A stretch of 64,000 nucleotides of DNA, from assembly GCA_024763215.1 (NCBI GenBank), contig JANTFX010000003.1, positions 3,519 through 67,518 of the forward strand, given 5' to 3'. Under the pieces are notes generated by a model. The model worked only from the letters and a program-made list of their open reading frames with translations, was not told where the DNA came from and made no database searches. A program made the translations under genes and the position numbers. Position 1 is the stretch's first letter. Every line of letters begins with the position of its first letter. The stretch comes from Candidatus Krumholzibacteriia bacterium (GTDB lineage: Bacteria > Krumholzibacteriota > Krumholzibacteriia > LZORAL124-64-63). Positions 8,367 through 16,289 of this stretch are shown in pieces.

Positions 8367-8822
8367 ATGGATCTACTGAACTATACACGAGAAAACGCCG
8401 TTCTACCCCATGTCAAGTGCGGCAGCCTCGAAGAAATCGTCGCCCTGCTGGTCGACAAGCTGGCGGCCTCCGGTTTTTCCGGTTCCGGCCCCGGCCTGGT
8501 GGCGGAGATCATGAGGCGCGAACACGAAGGCAGCACCGCCGTGGGTGGTGGGCTGGTGATTCCCCATGCGCGTTGCAAGGGCCTGGACGAGGTCCACATC
8601 GCCCTGGCCACCTTGCAGGATCCCCTGGATCTGGGTGCCGAGGACGGAGTTCCGGTGGATATCGTCATGCTGCTGGTGGGCCCGGAGCGGGATCCCCGCC
8701 AGATGCTGCGGGTGCTGGCCCGGCTGGCGCGCCTGGTCAAGGACAGCTCCTTTCTGGAAAGCATCCGCAAGGCCGAGACCTCAGGTGACCTGATGGCCGT
8801 GTTCGGAGATCTGGCCGGCTGA
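8367..8822 (+). CDS. PTS EIIA type-2 domain protein (PtsN/EIIA-Ntr-like), copy 1
   Basis: Within ORF 8142..8822. Start ATG 8367 (MDLLNYTRENAVLPHVK...). Active-site context GSTAVGGGLVIPHARC. Confidence 0.85.
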   Translation: MDLLNYTRENAVLPHVKCGSLEEIVALLVDKLAASGFSGSGPGLVAEIMRREHEGSTAVGGGLVIPHARCKGLDEVHIALATLQDPLDLGAEDGVPVDIVMLLVGPERDPRQMLRVLARLARLVKDSSFLESIRKAETSGDLMAVFGDLAG

Positions 8823-8844
8823 GCCCTTCCCCATACCTTCGTTG

Positions 8845-8900
8845 GATATTGACAATTACCGTGTTTTTGGTAAGCTGATATTGATTATGACGAATTGTCA
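8845..8900 (+). promoter_or_regulatory. AT-rich control region: direct repeat GATATTGA x2 (8845-8852, 8877-8884), inverted repeat TGACAATT/AATTGTCA (8850-8857, 8893-8900), TTGACA at 8849-8854
   Basis: Read directly. TTGACA, a 16-17 nt spacer, then TAAGCT gives a weak sigma70-like promoter for the lipoprotein gene. The repeats overlap the -35. Confidence 0.35.
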
Positions 8901-8960
8901 TTCGATTCGTTATTCTCTCCATGATACCGGTATCCTGAGACGACAAGAAGGGGGCCCCTC

Positions 8961-10265
8961 ATGTTTGGACGAGCCGCGAGGCCATGGTTTGCCGCGATGA
9001 TCATCCTGCTGCTGGGGGGATGCTCCCATGATACGATCACCGATCTTCCCCGGCCGGGCAACGGTCCCGCTGCCGCCGTGCATGGTCCCGACTCGGGTGG
9101 CGTGGTCACCCTGCAGGACCTGAATTCCAACCCCGCCGGGGCCGTGGGCTCGGCATCCGCCGATGTCGCGGTGACGCGGTTCACCGGCACCCCGGCCATG
9201 GTTCACCCCGGGGACGATCTGATCCTCAACGCCATGGTGGAAAATTTGGGCGAGCTGGAGGCAGCGGGGCCCTTCCAGGTCTGGATCGGGGTCCTGGGCA
9301 CGAATTTCGTGTTCGGTCAGGTGACCCTTGACGGGTTGAAACCGGGAGAAGGCCGGAGCGGGACCCTGCACTTCACGGTTCCCGTGGGCGAGTTCGCCAA
9401 GGCCTACCCCTCCGGCGTCTATACCCTTTATTGTTCCCATAATTTCATCGACCAGAACCCCACCAACAACTATCTGCTGCAGGATGTCGAACTGCAGGGC
9501 GATGCCCCCCTGGGCGATATCCAGATCAGGGTTTCACCCACGGGTCTGGATGCTCCCTGGACCCTGACGGGCCCCGACGGGGTCGATACAGGCCACGGCT
9601 CCGTCTTGCTGAACGGGATGACCCCCGGCGACTACACCATCGCCTGGGGTGGGGTTTCCGGTTTTCTGACCCCTCCTGAAGAGACGGGGACCCTGCTGGA
9701 AGGCCAGCTCTTGATGTTCACCGGGGCCTATCAAACCACGACCATCAACGATTACATGACGCTCTACTTCGATGCCGGAGGCCCGGAAGTTCCCGGACAG
9801 CCTTGCACCACCGCCGATTTCGCGGAAAACGTGACCGCCTACATCGTGTACATGAACCCTTCCCTTACCAGCACCACCGGATTCGAGTGCGGTTACGACA
9901 TCACTTCTCCCTCCACCACCACCTTCATTTCCCCGGTGTACGTGACCTATCCCACCATGGCCGTGGATGTGGGCACGAGCGACAACCTGGCCGGCACCTA
10001 CAACCATATCGTGGGTTTTTCCTCCCCCCTGGGAATCACCGGCAACAGCTTCGTGCTCGCGACCCTGGACATCCTCTACCTGGAAATGGGCACGGAACTC
10101 GATTTCACCCTGCGGGGGTCCATTCCCAGTTCCCCCCCGAACGACTTGCCCAAGGTCATGCGCGAGGATTTCACCCTCTTGCCCCTGGCCCTGGGCATGG
10201 CCCCCGGTTCACCCACCATGGTGCTCAACCCCGCCGGGGACTGCCCGGTGATCCCCATCCAATGA
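8961..10265 (+). CDS. Lipoprotein with CARDB-like (Ig-fold) N-terminal domain, function unknown
   Basis: ORF track 8961..10265 (+). Lipobox MIILLLGGC-SHD. The segment ...VTRFTGTPAMVHPGDDLILNAMVENLGELEAAGPFQVWIG... resembles CARDB. SD AAGAAGGGGG lies upstream. Confidence 0.75.
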   Translation: MFGRAARPWFAAMIILLLGGCSHDTITDLPRPGNGPAAAVHGPDSGGVVTLQDLNSNPAGAVGSASADVAVTRFTGTPAMVHPGDDLILNAMVENLGELEAAGPFQVWIGVLGTNFVFGQVTLDGLKPGEGRSGTLHFTVPVGEFAKAYPSGVYTLYCSHNFIDQNPTNNYLLQDVELQGDAPLGDIQIRVSPTGLDAPWTLTGPDGVDTGHGSVLLNGMTPGDYTIAWGGVSGFLTPPEETGTLLEGQLLMFTGAYQTTTINDYMTLYFDAGGPEVPGQPCTTADFAENVTAYIVYMNPSLTSTTGFECGYDITSPSTTTFISPVYVTYPTMAVDVGTSDNLAGTYNHIVGFSSPLGITGNSFVLATLDILYLEMGTELDFTLRGSIPSSPPNDLPKVMREDFTLLPLALGMAPGSPTMVLNPAGDCPVIPIQ

Positions 10266-10285
10266 CGTGATGGCGAGGAGGTGCA

Positions 10286-10313
10286 GGGCCCGGCCGCCGG
10301 CCGGGCCCTTTTT
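10286..10313 (+). terminator. Intrinsic terminator GGGCCCGGC-cgccg-GCCGGGCCC-TTTTT
   Basis: Read directly: 9-bp GC stem, 5-nt loop, T5 tract, 21 nt after the lipoprotein stop. Confidence 0.8.
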
Positions 10314-10345
10314 CGGTAAATATGCAGTAAACCTGTAATGAGGCC

Positions 10346-10374
10346 TTGAACCAACGGGGGCCCGGGAGTAATTT
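10346..10374 (+). promoter_or_regulatory. Sigma70-like promoter TTGAAC-17 nt-TAATTT for the envelope operon
   Basis: Read directly. Located between the upstream terminator and the LTD gene start (10432). Confidence 0.45.
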
Positions 10375-10431
10375 ACCCCCTTACCCTTGAGTCTTCCGAC
10401 GCACTCCGGATCCCTGAAAGGGAGTGGTTTC

Positions 10432-12822
10432 ATGTCCCACGCAGATTGGAAGTTGTCCCGCCCACGGCTGCGGACGGGTATTAGTATGGTGATCCTGCTG
10501 GCGGCCGCGGCCTGGGTTCTGCCGCAGACCGGCACGGCGGCCCCCGCCGCCGCCGACCATTTGCTGCTGGCGGAGATCCAGACCCTCAACAGCACCGATA
10601 CCCGCCGCCCCCTGGCCAGCGAGTACATCGAGATCGTCAACCCCACCGCTGGTGCGGTCGACCTGAGCGACTACTACCTGACCGACGCCGTCTTCGCCTC
10701 CGGAGACCAGTACTACTGGCGGATCGCCGAGGGCGCCCCGTCCGGCAGCACGGCCGGCGGCGGGTCGTTCTCCGACTTCCACGGCCGCTTCCCCGACGGT
10801 TACAGCATCGCCCCCGGGGACACCCTGGTGATCGCGGTGTCCGGCGGCAGCAAGGCCTACCAGGACGCCTACGGCAAGCTGCCGGATTTCGAGGTCTATG
10901 AGGATGGGTCGGCTCCGGATGAAGTGCCCGAACTGCGGGAGGCCTTCCCCGGTGCCATCAACGCGGGCCTCGGCGGCGGCGACAACACCCCGAGCCTCAG
11001 CGACGGTTACGAGTCGCTGGTCCTGTACCGCTGGGACGGCACGACCGATCTGGTCCAGGATGTGGATTTCGCCTTCTGGGGCGGGGGCAGCACCGGCAGC
11101 CAGTTCGACAAGACGGGGGTGACGGTGGGCTCGGGCACCTATCTGCCCGATACGCCGGTGGCCGAGCAGCAGACCATCGACACGGCCACCTTGAACCCCG
11201 GCCAGTCCTACATGCGCAAGAGCGCCGACGAGGGAACCGAGGCGGCCTCCGGCGGCAACGGGATCACCGGTCATGACGAGACCAGCGAGCCCCTGGGCGC
11301 GACCTGGGAAATCACCACCCAGGATCCCGCCGCCCAGCCGGACACCTTCTTCCCCTCGGCTCCTTTGATCACCGGTCACGGGGTCAGCCCCGCCGCGCCC
11401 TACGACGGGCAGGCGGTGACCATCACGGTGGAGGCGGCTTCCTATTCGACCCTGTCCGGGGCCACCTTCTACGTGGCCTACGATCGCGGTCCCTTCAACC
11501 CTGTTGCCGGGACCGATGCCGGGAACGGGATTTACACCCTCGCCGTCGAACCCCAGAGCGAGGGTACGGTGGTGAGCTGGTACGTGGCCGTGACCAACAG
11601 CGACGGGGCCGAAACCGTCTACCCCGCCGGGGGCGAGGGCACGCCGGAGAGCTGGACCGTCGGCGCGGTGCCGCCGCCCAGCAACGATCCGGACAAGCTG
11701 CTGCTCACGGAGATCTGCACCCTGGGCACCGACCAGGAGTTCGTGGAGATCTACAATCCCAACGATCATGACGTGGACATGTCGGACTATTACCTGACCG
11801 ACGCCATCTACAGCCCCAACAACCAGTTCTACTGGCGCATCGCCGAGGGCAACCCGGGGCCCAACACGGTCGGCGGCGGGGCGTTCGGCGACTTCGAGGC
11901 CCGGTTCCCGGCCGGGTTCACCATCGCGGCCGACGATACCATCGTGATCACCTGCCCCGGCAGCGCCGCCTTCTCGGCCTCCTACGGCTTCCTGCCGGAC
12001 CTGGAGCTGTTCGAGGACGATCCGGTGCCCGACAACGTGCCGGACATGATTCCGGTCTGGGGCACCACGGACAACGGCAGCATCAAGAGCGCCGACTCGA
12101 CCCCGGGTCTGAGCAACGCCGCCGAGATCGTGATCCTCTACAACTGGCGCGAGGGCGACGACCTGGTCACCGACATCGACGTGTTCTCGTGGAAGGATCC
12201 CTCGTCCACGACCACCAGCTTCTTCTTCGACAAGACGGGGGTGACGGTGGGGGGCTCGACCTATGGTCCCGACACCCCGGTTTCCAACCAGCATCCGTTT
12301 GCCACCCAGCTTTCCTTCGGCCTCTCGTACCAGCGCACCGACCCCCTGGAGGGAAATCAGATCTCCAGCGGCGGCAACGGCGTCAACGGTCGGGACGAGA
12401 CCAGCGAGGACTTCAACGCCACGTTCACCGACCAGCTGGCCGCCGATCCCGCGCGGCCGGGAGGCGTTGCCGGCGAGGGGGCCAAGAGCGCCGAGCTGGT
12501 GGTCGACGCCAAGACCTTCATCCCCACCATGGGCGAGTCCTTCCCCGTCCGCTTCGTCTCCAAGCCCCAGAGCGAGACCAGGCTGAGGATCTTCGATCAG
12601 CAGGGACGCCTGGTGATCACCCTTTTCGACAGCCGTTTCAACGGCGCGCCGTCTGTGATTCCCGGCGCATACACCACAGTGCTGTGGGATGGCCGGGATC
12701 GGGAATTCGAACGAGTCAAGGCCGGCATGTACATCATCCACCTCTCGGTGATTGATCGACGTTCCGGTGACGAGGATACACTGACCGCGCCCGTGGTCGT
12801 GGCCACGCGGTTGAGCAACTAG
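10432..12822 (+). CDS. Secreted protein with two lamin-tail-domain (LTD) units, a central Ig-like domain and a FlgD-Ig-type C-terminal domain
   Basis: Within ORF 10387..12822. Start ATG 10432 (MSHADWKL..., signal peptide ...AAWVLPQTGTAAP) after AAAGGGAG. LTD signatures EYIEIVNPTAGAVDLSDYYLTDA and EFVEIYNPNDHDVDMSDYYLTDA. C-terminus ...RLRIFDQQGRLVITLFD...VLWDGRD...GMYIIHL. Confidence 0.85.
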   Translation: MSHADWKLSRPRLRTGISMVILLAAAAWVLPQTGTAAPAAADHLLLAEIQTLNSTDTRRPLASEYIEIVNPTAGAVDLSDYYLTDAVFASGDQYYWRIAEGAPSGSTAGGGSFSDFHGRFPDGYSIAPGDTLVIAVSGGSKAYQDAYGKLPDFEVYEDGSAPDEVPELREAFPGAINAGLGGGDNTPSLSDGYESLVLYRWDGTTDLVQDVDFAFWGGGSTGSQFDKTGVTVGSGTYLPDTPVAEQQTIDTATLNPGQSYMRKSADEGTEAASGGNGITGHDETSEPLGATWEITTQDPAAQPDTFFPSAPLITGHGVSPAAPYDGQAVTITVEAASYSTLSGATFYVAYDRGPFNPVAGTDAGNGIYTLAVEPQSEGTVVSWYVAVTNSDGAETVYPAGGEGTPESWTVGAVPPPSNDPDKLLLTEICTLGTDQEFVEIYNPNDHDVDMSDYYLTDAIYSPNNQFYWRIAEGNPGPNTVGGGAFGDFEARFPAGFTIAADDTIVITCPGSAAFSASYGFLPDLELFEDDPVPDNVPDMIPVWGTTDNGSIKSADSTPGLSNAAEIVILYNWREGDDLVTDIDVFSWKDPSSTTTSFFFDKTGVTVGGSTYGPDTPVSNQHPFATQLSFGLSYQRTDPLEGNQISSGGNGVNGRDETSEDFNATFTDQLAADPARPGGVAGEGAKSAELVVDAKTFIPTMGESFPVRFVSKPQSETRLRIFDQQGRLVITLFDSRFNGAPSVIPGAYTTVLWDGRDREFERVKAGMYIIHLSVIDRRSGDEDTLTAPVVVATRLSN
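10558..12430 (+). repeat. Internal tandem duplication at protein level (unit 1 about 10558-11310, unit 2 about 11698-12430)
   Basis: The units align by eye: LLLAEI../LLLTEI.., YYWRIAEGAP../FYWRIAEGNP.., GGGSFSDFHGRFPDGYSIAPGDTLVI/GGGAFGDFEARFPAGFTIAADDTIVI, FDKTGVTVGSGTYLPDTPV/FDKTGVTVGGSTYGPDTPV, SGGNGITGHDETSE/SGGNGVNGRDETSE. Confidence 0.8.
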
Positions 12823-12834
12823 AGAGGGTGAGCG

Positions 12835-13725
12835 ATGTCCCGGAAACTAATTATTCTCATTGCGATAGCTGCGCTCGGCCTTGAGGCCGGGCCCGCGGCG
12901 GCCTTTTTCGAGAACACCATGGTCAGCCCCCGGGCCAGGGCCATGGGCGAATCCGCGGTGGCCGTGCCGGGAGGGGCTTACGCCTCGTTCTACAATCCCG
13001 GCCTGCTGGCCGTACGCACCTCGGGCGAGGTGGGGGCCAGTTACGTGGAGCCCTTCCAGCTCGGCTTCAACGATTTCTACGCCATGGGGGCCGTCCTGCC
13101 GCTGCAGGAACGCTACGGCGCCATCGGCATCGGGCTGAGCGAGTACAAGGTGTCCTACCAGGACGTCGATCTGCTCAAGGAGACCCAGGTGACCTTTTCC
13201 CACGGCCTGACGCTCTTCGAGGATTTCCACTCGCGGGTCGACCTCGGGTACAGCGTGAACGTCTACCGGGTCGAGCAGTCCGAGACGGTCAGCGGGCTGA
13301 ATCCCGGCGATGATACGGTCCTGGGCGTGGATTTCGGCATGGTCATGAACCTGCACAAGCGCACCACCCTGGGGTTCCAGGTCAAGAACATGAACAACCC
13401 CCAGATCGGCCTGGACGAGGAGGAGCTGGCCCGCCGCCTGATCGCCGGTGTGACCTATGCTCCCTATGAGGGCGTGCTGACGACCTTCGAGATCGACAAC
13501 GAGCTGGGCCAGGATGTCCAGTACCACGGCGGGATCGAGATGACGGTGGCCGACGGATTCTTCCTGCGCGGCGGCGTGGTGACCGGTCCCAACAAGCTGA
13601 CCGCCGGCTTCGGCTACTACCTGCAGGGCTTCTCCCTGGACTACGGTTTCAGCACCGGCGGCGGCACCCTCGAGACCACGCATCAGTTCGGCGTGAACTT
13701 CGCCTGGGGCGGTGAGGCGCAGTGA
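12835..13725 (+). CDS. Outer-membrane beta-barrel protein, PorQ/PorV/FadL-like (296 aa)
   Basis: ORF track 12835..13725 (+). Signal peptide MSRKLIILIAIAALGLEAGPAAA. Hallmark N-terminal motif SPRARAMGESAVAVPGGAYASFYNPGLLA. Alternating beta-strand pattern, aromatic-rich C-terminus ...HQFGVNFAW. Confidence 0.8.
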   Translation: MSRKLIILIAIAALGLEAGPAAAFFENTMVSPRARAMGESAVAVPGGAYASFYNPGLLAVRTSGEVGASYVEPFQLGFNDFYAMGAVLPLQERYGAIGIGLSEYKVSYQDVDLLKETQVTFSHGLTLFEDFHSRVDLGYSVNVYRVEQSETVSGLNPGDDTVLGVDFGMVMNLHKRTTLGFQVKNMNNPQIGLDEEELARRLIAGVTYAPYEGVLTTFEIDNELGQDVQYHGGIEMTVADGFFLRGGVVTGPNKLTAGFGYYLQGFSLDYGFSTGGGTLETTHQFGVNFAWGGEAQ

Positions 13726-16268
13726 AAAAACTCCTGAACCCGGACGGGATACGGATCCCGTGGTCGCGGGAGGTGGTCGGCTGGGTCCTGTGCCTGGCCT
13801 TGATCGCGGTCCTGGCGCCGTGGCCGGCCAACGCCGGCTCAGCCGCCGGCGACAGGTCCAAGGTGGACTTGAACAGCGCCTCCTACGAGGAAGTGGCCGC
13901 CCTGCCCATCCCGGCGGAACTCGCCCGCAAGATCATCGATTACCGGACCTACCTGCGCTACTTCGACAACGTCTACGACCTGATGGAAATCCGGGGCATG
14001 ACCCCGGAGATCCTGGCCCGGCTCAAGCCCCTGGTCGAGACCATGCCCCCGCCGGAGGTGGACGCCAGCATCGCCCGGCTTTCGGCCAGTTACCGGCAGG
14101 TCCAGCAGTACCTAGGTCAGGAGGGCTCCAGCGAGGGGCTCTCGGACGAGTATCTGGACAAGATGCGCAACCCCGAGAACATCAACGACATGGATCTGTA
14201 CGATCTGATGTCGTACCAGAACGTCTCGCCGGTGGATGCGTCCAACATCCTGAAGGCCCGCGCCCGTCTGGGACATTTCGAGAACATGCGCCAGCTGCGC
14301 CGAGCCGACGGTCTGCGCTACTACGCATACCGCAACCTGCGCGACTTCGTGGTCTACAGCCCCGAGGAGATGGAGGCCAACTCCAGCCACGCGGTGACCG
14401 GTTACGCCCAGACCCGGTACTACGAGACACCGTTCTCGGCCTCGGACGACGAGGTCGGGAGCTTCGCCAGCGGCGCCCCCCGAGGCCGGTACTTCGTCGA
14501 CCAGAAGAGCCTTTACCGGCCCGGCTGGTTGAACAAGCTGCGCATCACCGCCTCCGACGGCCTCGTGGGCGGGATGCTGACCAGCCGCGAATACGGCGAG
14601 AAGGACTGGGACGAGACGGCCAAGGGCTACGTGGGCATCACCGACCGCAAGTTCGGCGGCTTCCGCCTGAAGGGCCTGTATGTGGGCGACTTCCGGGTGG
14701 CCTACGGCCTGGGTCTGGTCATGGACAACACCGACTACATCCACTTCCGCAAGACCGGTTACGGTTTCAACAAGCGGTTGCTGGGCGTGCACGGCGACCT
14801 GAGCCGCAGTTACGAGTACAACCTGCGCGGGGTAGCCGCCGAGGGTTCGTACGGGCGGCTGAACGCCTCCTTCTTCGTATCGAGCGACGACAAGGACGGC
14901 ATCGTCAATCCCGACGGCACCTTGAACCGCTACGTGCTGATGCGTCCGCGTCCGGAGGCCGATTTCCTGGAGAACCGTACGGTCGGCGGCGTGCCTTCCT
15001 ACCTGCGCCGTGACGCCATCAGCGAAAATATCGTCGGCGGCAACCTCAAGGTCAGCCTGGCACCGGGAACCTTCCTGGGCGTGACCGGGTACGAGGCCCG
15101 TTACGATCATGGCTGGAGGGCCGACGAGAACGTCCTGGTCTCCAACACCGACCTTCTCGAGGCCCGCGACAACGGAATCTGGAACTCCTACACCAGCGTC
15201 TACACCGATGCCGACGGCAACACCCAGGAGGCCAAGTGGCGCCGGGTGATGGGCGCCGAGGGGCAGGCCGTGGTCGGCAACGTCGCGGTCCAGGGCGAAT
15301 ACGCCTTCCTGCAGGATCCCCGCAACAACTTCTTCTCTTCGAAGAACCCCGACGCCTACATCATCAACACCTTCGCCCAGTGGGACAACCTGCACGTGCT
15401 GGGCATCTGGCGTGATTACGACGTGGGCTTCGACAACCCCTACGACCGGGCTTTCAGCAACGACAGCCGTTACGAGATGACGTTGCTGGACGCCCCCTAC
15501 CGGCTGAACGACGACCTGTACACCTGGCTGGTATCGGAAACGCCCCAGCCCAAGGCCGAGAAGGGCCTGTACCTGGAGACCCGCTACCGGATCAGCCGGG
15601 CCCTGACCCTCAGCGGCCTGTCGTTCGACCGCTGGAAGCGCAAAGCCGACGGGGCGGACATGACGCGTTACACCCTGAAGGCCGAGTACCAGCCCATCTT
15701 CAATGTGCGGTTCCGCGTGCGGCATCGTTACAGCAGCCGCACCGAGGACAACCCGGAGGATGTGCGGACCTACCGCAACTGGGAAACGCGCTGGCAGATG
15801 ATCACCATGCTGAGCAACTACAACCGGCTGCAGTTCATGTACATGACCAGCAACGTCATGTTCCCCCCGCGGCCCCGCCTGGGCGGCACGCCCGATGCCG
15901 GCGCGGGGGACCCCTCGGTGGGCACCGCGGGCATGCCCGCCCACGCCTTCGAGGTCCGCTACGAGCACAACCTGACCCCGGGCATCAAGCTGATGTTCGC
16001 CTCGTCGGTTTACGACGGATTCCTGTGGAATTTCGAGGGCAACGAATTCGTGCTGCTGGACGGCCAGGGCTTCCGCAACTGGTTCAAGATCCAGAGCCGG
16101 GTGTCCCAGCGGATGCTGTTCCAGCTCAAGGTCACCCGCGACCACAACCTGCCCAAGACCTACGTGGACGTGCGCCGTTTCGGGGATCCCAGCGGGAACG
16201 AGCCCGATACCGACTACGCCCCCAAGGATGACACCATCGTCCGTCTGCAGATGGACTACACCTTCTGA
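13722..16268 (+). CDS. ComEA-type helix-hairpin-helix domain fused to a large outer-membrane beta-barrel (848 aa)
   Basis: ORF track 13722..16268 (+). The GTG start overlaps the previous stop (GTGA). Signal peptide ...LIAVLAPWPANAGS. HhH VDLNSASYEEVAALPIPAELARKIIDYR...LMEIRGMTPEILARLKPLV. Long Tyr/Gly/Asp-rich strand region ending in the OMP signature ...VRLQMDYTF. Confidence 0.85.
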   Translation: MKKLLNPDGIRIPWSREVVGWVLCLALIAVLAPWPANAGSAAGDRSKVDLNSASYEEVAALPIPAELARKIIDYRTYLRYFDNVYDLMEIRGMTPEILARLKPLVETMPPPEVDASIARLSASYRQVQQYLGQEGSSEGLSDEYLDKMRNPENINDMDLYDLMSYQNVSPVDASNILKARARLGHFENMRQLRRADGLRYYAYRNLRDFVVYSPEEMEANSSHAVTGYAQTRYYETPFSASDDEVGSFASGAPRGRYFVDQKSLYRPGWLNKLRITASDGLVGGMLTSREYGEKDWDETAKGYVGITDRKFGGFRLKGLYVGDFRVAYGLGLVMDNTDYIHFRKTGYGFNKRLLGVHGDLSRSYEYNLRGVAAEGSYGRLNASFFVSSDDKDGIVNPDGTLNRYVLMRPRPEADFLENRTVGGVPSYLRRDAISENIVGGNLKVSLAPGTFLGVTGYEARYDHGWRADENVLVSNTDLLEARDNGIWNSYTSVYTDADGNTQEAKWRRVMGAEGQAVVGNVAVQGEYAFLQDPRNNFFSSKNPDAYIINTFAQWDNLHVLGIWRDYDVGFDNPYDRAFSNDSRYEMTLLDAPYRLNDDLYTWLVSETPQPKAEKGLYLETRYRISRALTLSGLSFDRWKRKADGADMTRYTLKAEYQPIFNVRFRVRHRYSSRTEDNPEDVRTYRNWETRWQMITMLSNYNRLQFMYMTSNVMFPPRPRLGGTPDAGAGDPSVGTAGMPAHAFEVRYEHNLTPGIKLMFASSVYDGFLWNFEGNEFVLLDGQGFRNWFKIQSRVSQRMLFQLKVTRDHNLPKTYVDVRRFGDPSGNEPDTDYAPKDDTIVRLQMDYTF

Positions 16269-16289
16269 TAGATCGAGGAGACTGGAGAC

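Noticed and set aside
10381-12741. 786-aa minus-strand ORF antisense to the LTD gene. The same pattern occurs at 42055-44352, 53296-55626, 26290-28218, 38803-39795, 44072-45679 and 55451-57385.
   Set aside because: All lie opposite well-supported genes, lack SD/start context and show the Arg/Gly/Pro/His-rich composition expected from reading GC-rich codons backwards.
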